From Sulfolobaceae archaeon (GTDB lineage: Archaea; Thermoproteota; Thermoprotei_A; Sulfolobales; Sulfolobaceae): a DNA stretch of 64,000 nucleotides. Both the position numbers and the translations under genes were made by a program. Location: assembly GCA_038893355.1 (NCBI GenBank), contig JAWARQ010000002.1, positions 128,001-192,000 of the forward strand. Direction: 5' to 3'. The notes beneath the pieces are model-generated. The model made no database searches. It saw only the letters and a program-made list of their open reading frames with translations, and was not told the DNA's origin. Below are positions 41,451 to 51,996 of the stretch, piece after piece (positions within the stretch are counted from its first letter, which is position 1; each line of letters begins with the position of its first letter).

Positions 41451-42611
41451 GTGGAAATAAGTGGAGTAGCCGACTTACCACTACATAACGGTCATGTTCC
41501 TAAGTGGTTAGTACCAATTATGAAGAGATTAGCGAAAGCTATAATGGATATAATGTATCTTGAATTTGGCAGTGAAAAGATATTAGAAAGATTAGTTAAC
41601 CCGTTATGGTTTCAAGCGCTTAATAATGCTATAGGAATGGATTGGGATTCCTCGGGCTCCACAACAGTAACTCTAGGCATTCTGTCAGAAGTGTTAGATC
41701 CTATTGAACATGAAATGGTTATAGTAGGAGGCAAAGGCAAGAAGGCTAGACTAATTCCTAAACAGTTATCAGAATTATCGAAGAAAATACCAATTGATGC
41801 TGAAAAATATGCTAGAATAAGTAAATTAGTAGCTAGCGTTGATACAACATTATTACAAGATGGTTACCAACTCTACCATCAATCAATGATAATAACTGCC
41901 ACGGGAAAATGGGGAATAATACAACAAGGTATGAACTTAAGTACAAAATTTGCAAGAAGATATCATTGGTATAATCCGGTAAATTTCGTAGTAGAACCTC
42001 ACACTGCTATTTGCGGAATTAAGAAAAACGAAGTAATTAATTTAATCTCTCAAGAAGTTGAAAAAACTAGAAGATTAATTTTAGATTTAATCTCTCAAGA
42101 ACCAAGGAAAACCTTAAAAGAGTATTATGAAGCATTTAGGCTAATCAATAATACTCCTACTTTAGATTTATGGATAAATAATGCATCAATAATTGGACGA
42201 TCTAGAGTGAAGAGATTACTGTATTTCAAGCCAGTATCAATCGATAAAGTTGTTAAAGTTCTTACTAAGCTTAACCAATTAAAACCTAAAAACTTAGAAG
42301 AAGCGCTACTAAATGGACTAGGACCTTCTACTACTAGAGCATTATCATTAATTGCAGACTTGATATATAATGAACCACCATCTTATGAAGATCCAGTTAA
42401 TTATAGTTATGATCCGTTTAAATATGCATATACAATAGGCGGAAAAGATGGGATACCATTTCCAATTGATAGAAAAGTTGCTGAGGAAGTTATAGTCACT
42501 TTAGAAGATTTAATTACTAGGGCAAAATTAGATATTAAAGATAAAAACTTAGCAACAAAAAGGCTTAAAAATTTGTTAAAAATTTTATCTAATTCCTTCA
42601 ATATGCTTTAA
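41451..42611 (+). CDS. DUF763 family protein
   Basis: ADLPLH.GHVP.WL, GMDWDSSGSTT, QQGMN, GGKDG.PFP. Confidence 0.88.
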   Translation: MEISGVADLPLHNGHVPKWLVPIMKRLAKAIMDIMYLEFGSEKILERLVNPLWFQALNNAIGMDWDSSGSTTVTLGILSEVLDPIEHEMVIVGGKGKKARLIPKQLSELSKKIPIDAEKYARISKLVASVDTTLLQDGYQLYHQSMIITATGKWGIIQQGMNLSTKFARRYHWYNPVNFVVEPHTAICGIKKNEVINLISQEVEKTRRLILDLISQEPRKTLKEYYEAFRLINNTPTLDLWINNASIIGRSRVKRLLYFKPVSIDKVVKVLTKLNQLKPKNLEEALLNGLGPSTTRALSLIADLIYNEPPSYEDPVNYSYDPFKYAYTIGGKDGIPFPIDRKVAEEVIVTLEDLITRAKLDIKDKNLATKRLKNLLKILSNSFNML

Positions 42612-42785
42612 ATATTTTTCTATCGCGTCTCTTATTAACTCACTCCTATTTTGAAATCCTAACTCTTTAACAAGGAAGTCTAGTTTCTGCATAATCTCCT
42701 CATCTAACTTAAAAGTTACAGTAACTGTATTAGGAGTTAATTCTATTTCAAAGCTGTTTGAATCTATTTGCCTCACTTTTTCCAT
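42585..42785 (-). CDS. Ribbon-helix-helix (CopG family) regulator
   Basis: VTVTFKLDEE...LD...NRSELIRDAI. Confidence 0.88.
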   Translation of the reverse strand: MEKVRQIDSNSFEIELTPNTVTVTFKLDEEIMQKLDFLVKELGFQNRSELIRDAIEKYLKHIEGIR

Positions 42786-42958
42786 TTCAACACCACTTCT
42801 AGCAATAACACTGTAATTGATAATATTATCTTGCCTAGAAAGTTAATAAGAGAAATGGATTACGTTTAAAAACACTTAGTCAAGTTCTAGATATATTTAA
42901 ACCATAAAGAAGGGGCTTAATTATTTAAATACTACTAACGTAATAAGATATCAAATTT

Positions 42959-45097
42959 ATGAGTTCTTCATATAGTGTAGAATTATTAGAGATAGATGAT
43001 AGAGTAAAAAAAATTCTTAGAATGCGAGGTATAGAAAACTTAAATCCAGTTCAGACTGAGGCTATAAAAAGGGGTTTACTTAATGGTAAAAGTTTATTAC
43101 TAGCATCTCCTACAGGTTCTGGTAAGACGTTAATAGCAGAGCTTGGAATTATATCTTTTCTCTTAAAAAATAAAGGACTTAAAGCTGTTTATGTTACCCC
43201 TTTAAGGTCTCTTACTTCTGAAAAGTACCAGACATTCAAAGTATGGGAAGAGTTAGGTTTTAGAGTCGCAATGTCATCTGGCGACTATGATAGTGATGAC
43301 GAATGGTTACAAGAATATGATATAATAGTAACAACTTATGAGAAACTTGACTCGTTATGGAGACATAGACCTAGGTGGATAAAGGATGTAGGGTATTTTG
43401 TACTTGACGAGCTCCATTATATAAACGATATGGAAAGAGGTCCGATTATAGAGGCAGTAGCAATAAGAGCTAAGAAATATACAGTATTGGCGTTAAGCGC
43501 AACTATTAGTAATTATGTTGAGATAGCTAGATGGTTAGGGGCAGAACCAATCTATATAAATTGGAGACCAGTACCCTTAATAGAGGGTGTTGTATACCCT
43601 GAAGGGAAAGATTTCGTAGTTATTTATAATGATAATAGTGTCCAAAGAATTAAGGGCAATGATGCAATAATAGCTTGTACTTTACACTCATTAAGAAAAA
43701 ATGGTCAAGTACTTATTTTTAGGAATTCTCGGAAAATGACAGAAAGTACTGCAATAAAAATATCACAGTACCTCAACTTCTTGGATTTTAATTACGAAGA
43801 ACTATATAAACTTTCAGAGGAAATAAAGAATATCGAAGATGCAGGATTTAGTGAAGTTACCCTATTATCTAGCCTTATAAAGAAGGGTGTCGCTTACCAT
43901 CATGCAGGATTATCAAAAACTCTAAGAGATTTCATAGAAAATGCGTTCAGAAGAAGATTATTAAAGGTGATTGTAGCAACACCAACTCTTGCTGCAGGAG
44001 TAAATTTACCAGCTAGAACTGTAATAATAGGTGACATTTATAGGTTTAATAGAAAACTGTTAGGATTTAACGAGCAAATAAGTATAATGGAATATAAACA
44101 AATGAGCGGAAGAGCTGGAAGGCCAGGATATGATGAAATTGGAGAATCAATTATAGTAGTCAGAGATAAAAGAATGGCTTTTGAGGTATTTAAGAAATAT
44201 ATAAATTCAAAGCCAGAACCTTTAGAATCGAGATTAGGTTCTGAAAAACCCTTTTTTAGTTTTGTCCTAGGAGAATTATCAGTACTAGGCAGGGTAGAAA
44301 GTAAGGAATTATATGAACATTTATTACAGACCTTACTGCCAAAAACTTTAATAGAAAAATATTTCCAAAAAGCAATTAATTGGTTAAACGAAAACGAATT
44401 TATTAAGATAATTGAGAATAAAATAGAATTAACGAAATTTGGTAAAAGAGTTGCTGATTTATATATAAATCCTTTTACTGCACAAATTTATAAAGAAAAA
44501 TTGTTATTAAAAAATGAAAAACCTTGTGAAATCGCTTATCTCCACTTATTTTCAATAACACCAGATAGTCCAAAATTATATATTAGCGAAAAAGAGATAG
44601 AAAAGATATCGGCAGAAGTAGATTGCGAATTATTTGTTGAAGAACCAGATGAAGAAACAGATGAATATTATGATTTTTATTCTGCGCTAAAACTTTCATT
44701 AATTGTTAGGGATTGGATTGAAGAAGTTGACGAAAATGTTATTTTAGAGAAATATGGTATTGGTTCAGGGGATTTAAGAAGTATAATTGAGAGTATGGAT
44801 TGGCTTAGCTATAGTGCGTTTAATATTGCAAACATACTTGAATTAAAAGATCACTATGAAAAATTAAAAATAATTAACTTAAGAATAAAAGATGGTGTAA
44901 GAGAAGAATTATTAGAACTAGTTAAAGTACCATATATAGGAAGAAAAAGAGCTAGGATTTTATATAACAATGGAATAACTAATATAGATGATATTATTAA
45001 TAATCAAAATAAGGTAAAATCATTATTAGGTGAAAAAATTGGAGAGAAAATCATTCAAGAAGCTACAAGATTATATTCTAGACTTTATAGAATCTAA
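42959..45097 (+). CDS. hel308: ATP-dependent DNA helicase Hel308/Hjm
   Basis: SPTGSGKT, DELH, LSAT, HHAGL, TPTLAAGVNLPA, QMSGRAGRP, C-terminal HhH. Confidence 0.95.
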   Translation: MSSSYSVELLEIDDRVKKILRMRGIENLNPVQTEAIKRGLLNGKSLLLASPTGSGKTLIAELGIISFLLKNKGLKAVYVTPLRSLTSEKYQTFKVWEELGFRVAMSSGDYDSDDEWLQEYDIIVTTYEKLDSLWRHRPRWIKDVGYFVLDELHYINDMERGPIIEAVAIRAKKYTVLALSATISNYVEIARWLGAEPIYINWRPVPLIEGVVYPEGKDFVVIYNDNSVQRIKGNDAIIACTLHSLRKNGQVLIFRNSRKMTESTAIKISQYLNFLDFNYEELYKLSEEIKNIEDAGFSEVTLLSSLIKKGVAYHHAGLSKTLRDFIENAFRRRLLKVIVATPTLAAGVNLPARTVIIGDIYRFNRKLLGFNEQISIMEYKQMSGRAGRPGYDEIGESIIVVRDKRMAFEVFKKYINSKPEPLESRLGSEKPFFSFVLGELSVLGRVESKELYEHLLQTLLPKTLIEKYFQKAINWLNENEFIKIIENKIELTKFGKRVADLYINPFTAQIYKEKLLLKNEKPCEIAYLHLFSITPDSPKLYISEKEIEKISAEVDCELFVEEPDEETDEYYDFYSALKLSLIVRDWIEEVDENVILEKYGIGSGDLRSIIESMDWLSYSAFNIANILELKDHYEKLKIINLRIKDGVREELLELVKVPYIGRKRARILYNNGITNIDDIINNQNKVKSLLGEKIGEKIIQEATRLYSRLYRI

Positions 45098-45239
45098 AAA
45101 TAGTGATGAAAAAGTATATGTAATGAACTGTAATGATGCAAAGAAGTTAAGTAAAATACTCCTTGCAATTGGCCAAAAACCTATAATTGAAACTCTCCCT
45201 ACAGATGAATGTATAGTAAAAGTTACTAAAAGGTTATAG
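45030..45239 (+). CDS. Hypothetical protein (start uncertain)
   Basis: Fills the gap between hel308 and pccB; overlaps the hel308 3' end. Confidence 0.6.
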   Translation: MKKLERKSFKKLQDYILDFIESKNSDEKVYVMNCNDAKKLSKILLAIGQKPIIETLPTDECIVKVTKRL

Positions 45240-46826
45240 TTATAGAGGAATGTTACCATGCTTCTTTGGATATCTAAATTCTCTTTTATTTCTCAACATC
45301 TGTAAAGCCCTATAGATTATCTTTCTAGTATCTTTTGGCTCTATTACATCGTCTATAAGACCTTTTTCTGCAGCCCAATAAGGATTTGCAAATAGCTTTT
45401 TATATTCTGTAATTTTCTCCTTTATAAATTCTTCAGGATTTTTAGAATTCTGAATTTCTCTTCTATATAATATTCTTACTGCACCTTCTGGTCCCGTAAC
45501 TGCTATTTCTGCAGTAGGCCATGCATATACCAAATCTGCCCCTAAACTTTTAATACTCATTGCTATATGAGCGCCACCATAAGATTTTCTAACTATTATT
45601 GTTATTTTAGGAACAGTAGCTTCGGCAAAAGCATAAAGCATTTTAGCCCCATGCCTTATAATCCCCTTATACTCTTGTTCAGTGCCAGGAACATAGCCTG
45701 GTGTATCAACTAGGCTAATAAGCGGTATATTAAATGCATCACAAAATCTTATAAATCGAGCGGCCTTGTCAGCTGCATCAACATCAATAGCACCACCATA
45801 ATTAAGAGGATTATTAGCTACAATTCCTATAACTTGCCCGCCAATTCTAGCAAATCCTACCACTATATTATCTGCCCAATATTTATGAACCTCTAAAAAT
45901 TCTTGATTATCTACTATACGATATATCACGTCCCTTATATTAAACGGTTTAATTGAATCAGTAGGTACAATTTCTTCTAAACCACTAACCTCTCTTTCTG
46001 GATCATCACCAGTATCAATAAAGGGTGGTTCTTCCATATTGTTAGATGGTAAGTAAGATAGAAGCTTTTTTGCTATATTTATAGCATCTCTTTCATCTTC
46101 CGCGACAAAATGAACTACACCAGACTTGGTAGCATGAACTATTGCACCACCAAGTTCTTGATAGGAGACCTCTTCACCTAAAGATACCTTAGTAATTTCT
46201 GGACCGGTTACAAACATATAGTATGCATCACCCTTTATCATTATTATAAAATCTGTTAATGCAGGAGAATATACAGCACCACCTGCTGCTGGACCTGCCA
46301 TTATTGTTATTTGTGGTATTACTCCAGACGCCATAACATTCATCTTAAATACAGCACCATAACCTTCTAATGATAGAGCACCTTCTTGTATTCTCGCACC
46401 TCCAGAGTCATTAATTCCTACCACAGGAGCACCAACTTTCAATGCCATTTCGTATATTCTTACTATCTTACTTGCATGAACTTCACCTAAACTTCCACCT
46501 AAAACTGTAAAATCTTGTGCATAAGCAAAAACTAACCTTCCATCGATCTTTCCCCATCCAGCTATTACTCCATCCCCGTAATATCTATTTTTATCTAATC
46601 CAAATTCTGTGGTTCTAGTTGTTGCAAAAGTCATAATTTCTTGGAACGATCCTTCATCAAATAATAATGAAAGTCTTTCTCTTGCAGTTAATTTATTTTT
46701 ACTATGCTGGAATTTAATCCTTTCCTCCCCACCTCCTAAATATGCCCTTGATTTCAGTCTACGTAATTCTTCAATCAATTCGTTAAAGTCACGCTTCTTA
46801 TCTAATTGAGTAGTCATAACCCTCAT
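45240..46826 (-). CDS. pccB: Acetyl-/propionyl-CoA carboxylase carboxyltransferase subunit
   Basis: DSGGARIQEG, AGGAVYSPA, GAKMLYAFAEATVP, KKHGNIPL. Confidence 0.95.
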   Translation of the reverse strand: MRVMTTQLDKKRDFNELIEELRRLKSRAYLGGGEERIKFQHSKNKLTARERLSLLFDEGSFQEIMTFATTRTTEFGLDKNRYYGDGVIAGWGKIDGRLVFAYAQDFTVLGGSLGEVHASKIVRIYEMALKVGAPVVGINDSGGARIQEGALSLEGYGAVFKMNVMASGVIPQITIMAGPAAGGAVYSPALTDFIIMIKGDAYYMFVTGPEITKVSLGEEVSYQELGGAIVHATKSGVVHFVAEDERDAINIAKKLLSYLPSNNMEEPPFIDTGDDPEREVSGLEEIVPTDSIKPFNIRDVIYRIVDNQEFLEVHKYWADNIVVGFARIGGQVIGIVANNPLNYGGAIDVDAADKAARFIRFCDAFNIPLISLVDTPGYVPGTEQEYKGIIRHGAKMLYAFAEATVPKITIIVRKSYGGAHIAMSIKSLGADLVYAWPTAEIAVTGPEGAVRILYRREIQNSKNPEEFIKEKITEYKKLFANPYWAAEKGLIDDVIEPKDTRKIIYRALQMLRNKREFRYPKKHGNIPL

Positions 46827-46886
46827 TTACGATTACTTAACTCTACTATATAAATTTTTATCCTATAAACAATAGAATTTTTATCA

Positions 46887-47393
46887 TTATTTAATTATTA
46901 ATAATATATCACCTTTCTTTACACTCTGTCCAACCCTTACTAAGATCTTCTGTATAACTCCACTAATTGGAGATGATATAATGGTCTCTGACTTCATAGA
47001 CTCGATTGATAACAAAGGTTGCCCTTTTACCACAGCATCGCCTTCTTTTACTCTTAAACTTACAATTCTACCATAAATTGGCGAAATAATCTCACCCTTC
47101 TTACTACTAATTAATTCTTGTAATGAAACTTCTTTCTCTTCATATTTTTCTTGAATATTCGAGATTCTTAATATTTCATTATTAACTATAATTTGATTAA
47201 AATTCTCTATAAAAACTCTATGAACTTCACCATTTATTTCAATTAAGAATTCATTATCTCTAGTTCCTTTTTGTAAAATTCTTGCTCTATACACACCACT
47301 TAATGTCTCGAATTTAAGATACTCACCATCTATACTATAAGTTAGGACATACTCATCACCAGTTTCAGTGGTTACTTTATATACTTTCCTCAT
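46887..47393 (-). CDS. accB: Biotin carboxyl carrier protein
   Basis: ESMKSE biotinylation motif; start ATG 47393 overlaps the accC stop. Confidence 0.92.
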   Translation of the reverse strand: MRKVYKVTTETGDEYVLTYSIDGEYLKFETLSGVYRARILQKGTRDNEFLIEINGEVHRVFIENFNQIIVNNEILRISNIQEKYEEKEVSLQELISSKKGEIISPIYGRIVSLRVKEGDAVVKGQPLLSIESMKSETIISSPISGVIQKILVRVGQSVKKGDILLIIK

Positions 47394-48931
47394 TACCACA
47401 TCACCCTCGTGGTAGATTGCATTACTAAACCTTGTCTCTTCCATGCACTCATTCTATCAACATTCCTATAGCTACTCTTTACCTCTTTATGAAAACTTAG
47501 TTTAATTTGAGATTGTGAGTATAATACAAGATAACTTATTACTTTCATTTCTTCTCTTTTCTTTAATTCTTCTAGAAAAACTGGCATTTTTTCCGAAATA
47601 TAATTTGTAGTAAATTTGCCTTCAATAAAATCTTTATCATTAATTATTAGTTTATATAATGGAATTATAGTCTTTATTCCACTAATCTTATACTCGTCTA
47701 AAGCCCTTCTAGCTATTTGAATAGCAGTAGCCCTATCTTTCCCATAAACCATTAACTTAGATATCATAGAGTCATAATAAGGAGGAACATAACTTCCTAG
47801 ATCTACTCCACTATCCACTCTTATCCCAGGCCCTGAAGGTTCTTTATAATAGGTAATATATCCGGAACTACCTGCAAAGTTATTTAGAGGATCTTCTGCA
47901 TTAATTCTAAATTCAATTGCATGCCCACGTATTTTAATATCTTCTTGAGAATAAGGTAAATATTCTCCTGCTGCTAATTTAATTTGTAATTTAACTAAAT
48001 CTATCCCTGTTATTAATTCAGTTATACCATGCTCAACTTGAAGTCTCTTATTTATTTCTAAAAAGTAAAATTCCCTACTTACTTCAGAATAAACAAACTC
48101 CATAGTTCCTAATGTGTAATAACCTATTGCCTTACCAAACCTTATTGAGGCTTCAATTAATTCTTTCCTTTTTTCATTATCAAGAATAGGAGACGGTGCT
48201 TCTTCAATTAACTTCTGATTTCTTCTTTGAATAGTGCATTCCCTCTCATATGCAACCACATAATTACCATACTTATCACCAATCAGTTGAGCTTCTATAT
48301 GCCTTGGCTTCACTGCCATTTTCTCTATATATATTTCTGATTTACCAAATGCTTGAAGGGCAAGTCTTCTGCTTCTTTCAAATGCTTCTTTTAACTCTTC
48401 TACATTTTCTACTTTTATTATACCAATACCTCCGCCACCGTAAGATGCTTTTATCATAATAGGGAATCCTATTTTCTCGGCAATCTTTATTGCATCATCT
48501 ACACTCTCGACAGGACCATCAGATCCTGGAGAAACTGGAACTCCTGCATTTTTCGCAATCATTTTTCCCTCGAGTTTACTCTTTATTTTTCTCATTACGT
48601 AAGATGGTGGTCCAATAAATGTCATTCCTGCCTTCTCTACAGCCTCTGCAAATTCAGCATTTTCAGATAAGAATCCATAGCCAGGATGCACAGCATCTGC
48701 ATGAGCCCTTTCTGCTGCATCTATTATTCTCTGTATATTCAAATAACTTTCCAATGCAGGTGATGGTCCTATATAATAGGCTTCATCGGCATATTTAACA
48801 TGCAACGAATTTTTATCAGCATCTGAATATACAGCGACAGCTTTCATCCCCATCTCTTTTACAGCTCTCATTATACGTATTGCTATCTCTCCCCTATTTG
48901 CAATAAGAATCTTGTTAAACGGGGGCATCAA
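47393..48931 (-). CDS. accC: Biotin carboxylase subunit of acetyl-/propionyl-CoA carboxylase
   Basis: ANRGEIA, HPGYGFLSEN, RECTIQRRNQK, RLQVEH, YYDSMISKL. Confidence 0.95.
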   Translation of the reverse strand: MMPPFNKILIANRGEIAIRIMRAVKEMGMKAVAVYSDADKNSLHVKYADEAYYIGPSPALESYLNIQRIIDAAERAHADAVHPGYGFLSENAEFAEAVEKAGMTFIGPPSYVMRKIKSKLEGKMIAKNAGVPVSPGSDGPVESVDDAIKIAEKIGFPIMIKASYGGGGIGIIKVENVEELKEAFERSRRLALQAFGKSEIYIEKMAVKPRHIEAQLIGDKYGNYVVAYERECTIQRRNQKLIEEAPSPILDNEKRKELIEASIRFGKAIGYYTLGTMEFVYSEVSREFYFLEINKRLQVEHGITELITGIDLVKLQIKLAAGEYLPYSQEDIKIRGHAIEFRINAEDPLNNFAGSSGYITYYKEPSGPGIRVDSGVDLGSYVPPYYDSMISKLMVYGKDRATAIQIARRALDEYKISGIKTIIPLYKLIINDKDFIEGKFTTNYISEKMPVFLEELKKREEMKVISYLVLYSQSQIKLSFHKEVKSSYRNVDRMSAWKRQGLVMQSTTRVMW

Positions 48932-49000
48932 TATATAAGGTTAATTCTGCCTTAAAAAGTTTTTACATTTGAATAAATATACATACAGTTAGAAAAAATA

Positions 49001-49056
49001 AGCTAAGCGCTCGCACATTTCTTCACCATTTCAGATCCCGGATTCCTCAGCATTAA
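49001..49056 (-). ncRNA. C/D-box sRNA with degenerate boxes
   Basis: Minus strand ATGCTGA-GGAATCCGGGAT-CTGA-AATG-GTGAAGA-AATGTGCGAGCG-CTTA; two 12-nt guides in a GC-rich patch of an AT-rich intergenic region. Confidence 0.6.
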
Positions 49057-49152
49057 TTACTTTTGTAAAATTGAGGAAAATAAAATTGAGTTCATAATTT
49101 TTATATTATTAAACAATTAATCTATATAATATATTTTAATTTTTTTACAAAA

Positions 49153-49911
49153 TTATGAAGAAAAACTTTTATTACGTAATGGTGTTAATAATTTATAAAG
49201 AATATCAATATACTCATAAAATTTTGGATCTTTAGAAGACCTTGGATATGGTAAATCTATTTTTACTTCTCCTATTAAAGTAGATGGGCTACCATTTAAC
49301 ACATAAACTCTATCAGCTATTTCCACAACTTCTTGAAGATTATGAGAAACAAGAACGGCTGATTCTAATGAAGATTCCTTATCAAATAGAATATTTCTTA
49401 TTTCTCTTCTAATTCCTTCTGCAGTTATCTCGTCTAAATGAGAAAAAGGTTCATCCAATAGCATAACAATTGGTTGTGCTGCTAATGCCCTAGCTATTGC
49501 AATTCGCTGTCTCATCCCTCCGCTCATTTGCTTAGGCGAAAGTTCTTCGAATCCATGAAGACCAACTAGATCTAACATTTTCCTTGCTATTCGATCTTCA
49601 TCCTCTTTACTCAATTTTAAATATTTTAATCCTAATTTTATATTTTCCAGTGCACTCATCCATGGAAAGGTTACAATAGACTGATGAACCAAAGCGATTT
49701 TAGGTGTAGGTTTACTTACTTCTTTACCTAACAATAGAACCTTACCCTTAGAGGGTTTTAAAAATCCTCCTAAAATCCTTAACAAAGTAGATTTACCAGA
49801 TCCTGATGGACCTATTATAGCCACAATTTCTTTCTTACTTGTGTATAAGTTTATATCATACATTATAAGTTTAGTATCATATTTAAATTCAATATCTATA
49901 GCTTCTAAGAT
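49153..49911 (-). CDS. NitT/TauT-family ABC transporter ATP-binding protein (true start uncertain)
   Basis: GPSGSGKS, MSGGMRQR, LDEPF, VSHN; the frame stays open upstream of ATG 49863 through ATC 49911. Confidence 0.85.
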   Translation of the reverse strand: MLEAIDIEFKYDTKLIMYDINLYTSKKEIVAIIGPSGSGKSTLLRILGGFLKPSKGKVLLLGKEVSKPTPKIALVHQSIVTFPWMSALENIKLGLKYLKLSKEDEDRIARKMLDLVGLHGFEELSPKQMSGGMRQRIAIARALAAQPIVMLLDEPFSHLDEITAEGIRREIRNILFDKESSLESAVLVSHNLQEVVEIADRVYVLNGSPSTLIGEVKIDLPYPRSSKDPKFYEYIDILYKLLTPLRNKSFSS

Positions 49912-50036
49912 TCTTCCAACTTACCGGCCCCTTTTTAAAGCTTTCAAGATTCGCTTAAAAAACTTGCTAACTATTCTGTAATTTACAAACGTAAAAAGTT
50001 TATAAATCTAAAAGCATAATACTATTAGGTGAAAGA

Positions 50037-50318
50037 TTGGATCTAGCACCTACTGCAATAATAATTATAATAATTGTAGCGATAATATTATTTGGATCTT
50101 CAAAGATACCAGAATTATTTAGATCTCTTGGTAAGGCGATAGGTGAGTTTAGAAAAGGTAGAATGGAAGCAGAAATGGAGATGATGCAAATGCAACAACA
50201 ATTAGCTCCAAATTCGCCAACATTACAGAACCAAACCTCACAAGGATTAGAGGAAAAAATAAAACAACTTGAAAAGGAATTAGAGGAATTAAAGAAGCAA
50301 AAGAGTCAACAGTCATAA
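50037..50318 (+). CDS. tatA: Sec-independent translocase TatA
   Basis: TM helix, FG..KIPELFRSLGKAIGEFRKG. Confidence 0.92.
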   Translation: MDLAPTAIIIIIIVAIILFGSSKIPELFRSLGKAIGEFRKGRMEAEMEMMQMQQQLAPNSPTLQNQTSQGLEEKIKQLEKELEELKKQKSQQS

Positions 50319-50337
50319 AGTTTTCGGTGTTTTTTAT

Positions 50338-50688
50338 ATGATAGGAGATATAACAGATTTTTTAATACTCTTACTCGTTGCAGTGTTATTATTTAGTGGA
50401 GATCCAAATATTAAAGAAACTGCAAAAACTTTAGGCAAAACACTTGGAGAATTAAGAAGGAGGCAAGTAGAGTTTACTAATGAGATAAAAAGAGAAATTC
50501 TAGAAGAAACTACAAACTCAATAAATAATGAATTAAATTTAAATACTAATAATGCTAATAGAATGATTTATATTAAACCAATATATTATCAAGATGAGGA
50601 TAAAATTAAATTACTTGAAGAGAGAATAAAACAACTACAAGAAGAAATTGAGAGGTTAAAGAATGAGCAAAGAAGAAAAGAGGTCTGA
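50338..50688 (+). CDS. Second TatA/TatB-like subunit
   Basis: TM plus amphipathic AKTLGKTLGELRR; between tatA and tatC. Confidence 0.8.
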   Translation: MIGDITDFLILLLVAVLLFSGDPNIKETAKTLGKTLGELRRRQVEFTNEIKREILEETTNSINNELNLNTNNANRMIYIKPIYYQDEDKIKLLEERIKQLQEEIERLKNEQRRKEV

Positions 50689-51499
50689 AAATAAGACTAT
50701 CTTTGAAGAAAAACCACTTATAGAACATCTTAGAGAATTACTTATTAGACTTAGAAGAATTATAATTTATTTAATCTCTTTTACTGCAATTTATTTCTTT
50801 ATAGGAATATCTTATATAGAAGTGAATGGCCAAGAAATACCAATTCCAATCCCAGACTTATATAATAGTTTATCAATAATGCTAGTAAGATATCTTATTA
50901 CAACTACAGTACCTCAAGGTCTTAAATTAATAAATATTGGATTTATGGATACTATAATCTCCTCACTGTACGTTTCAATATACTTTGGTTTTATCACTAG
51001 CTTTCCACTGATATTGAGAGAAATCTGGGCATTTATAGCCCCTGGACTCTACGAGCATGAAAAGAAAATGCTGAGAAATCTTTTACTACCTTCAATATTA
51101 TTATTTGTATTAGGTTCTTTATTTGCATATTATATTATAGTACCACTAATGTTAAAATTTCTCTACTACTATACAATAGCTTTTCAAGTTGAACCTACAC
51201 TTAGTATAAGATCTTTTATTGGGACTATAATCTCTCTTATGATAGGAACTGGTATTGCATTTCAATTGCCTCTATTTATGATAATATTAACTATGATAGG
51301 CTTAGTTAAATCTCAAACTTGGAGAAAATATTGGAGATATGGAATTTTTGCAGGATGGCTAATAGCTTGGATAATTTCACCAGGTACTACTGGAGGATTA
51401 GTAGAAAGCATGATTGCGCTTACCTTAAATTCCCTTTATTTAAGCGGAATTTATTTTTCAAGATATGTAGAAAAAAGAAGAAATAAAAATAAAAAATAG
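50663..51499 (+). CDS. tatC: Sec-independent translocase TatC
   Basis: PLIEHLRELL.RL, WAFIAPGLYEHEK, FQLP, WRY. Confidence 0.93.
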   Translation: MSKEEKRSENKTIFEEKPLIEHLRELLIRLRRIIIYLISFTAIYFFIGISYIEVNGQEIPIPIPDLYNSLSIMLVRYLITTTVPQGLKLINIGFMDTIISSLYVSIYFGFITSFPLILREIWAFIAPGLYEHEKKMLRNLLLPSILLFVLGSLFAYYIIVPLMLKFLYYYTIAFQVEPTLSIRSFIGTIISLMIGTGIAFQLPLFMIILTMIGLVKSQTWRKYWRYGIFAGWLIAWIISPGTTGGLVESMIALTLNSLYLSGIYFSRYVEKRRNKNKK

Positions 51500-51501
51500 G
51501 T

Positions 51502-51996
51502 TCATAATATTTTATTTAGCTTATTTAAATAATTTATTAAACCTCCTGCTTTAAGTATTTCTAGAGCCATACCAGTAATTCCTTTACCTTGAAGCTTAAT
51601 CTTATTATTAACTTCTATTTCACCAGTTTCTATATTAACTCTAACGTAATCGCCCTCACTAATTAAGTTCTTAGCATTTGGTAAAGTTATTACTGGTAAG
51701 CCATTATTTATAGCATTCCTATAAAATATTCTTGCAAATGATTCCGCTATTATCAATTTAACACCTGCTGCCTTTAATGCTATTGCAGCCTGCTCCCTAG
51801 AAGAACCCATTCCAAAGACCTTACCAGCTACTAAAACAACTCCTTGTGAAGCCTTTTTATAGAATTCTGGATCTAAGGGTTCCATTGCGTGTTGGGCTAA
51901 GTAATTTGGATCTGTATACTTTAAGTATTTTGCCGGTATTATTATATCTGTATCTATTTTATCACCAAACTTTAATACCTTTCCTTCTACTATCAT
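51502..51996 (-). CDS. leuD: 3-isopropylmalate dehydratase/homoaconitase small subunit
   Basis: [35 protein letters not shown]. Confidence 0.92.
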   Translation of the reverse strand: MIVEGKVLKFGDKIDTDIIIPAKYLKYTDPNYLAQHAMEPLDPEFYKKASQGVVLVAGKVFGMGSSREQAAIALKAAGVKLIIAESFARIFYRNAINNGLPVITLPNAKNLISEGDYVRVNIETGEIEVNNKIKLQGKGITGMALEILKAGGLINYLNKLNKIL

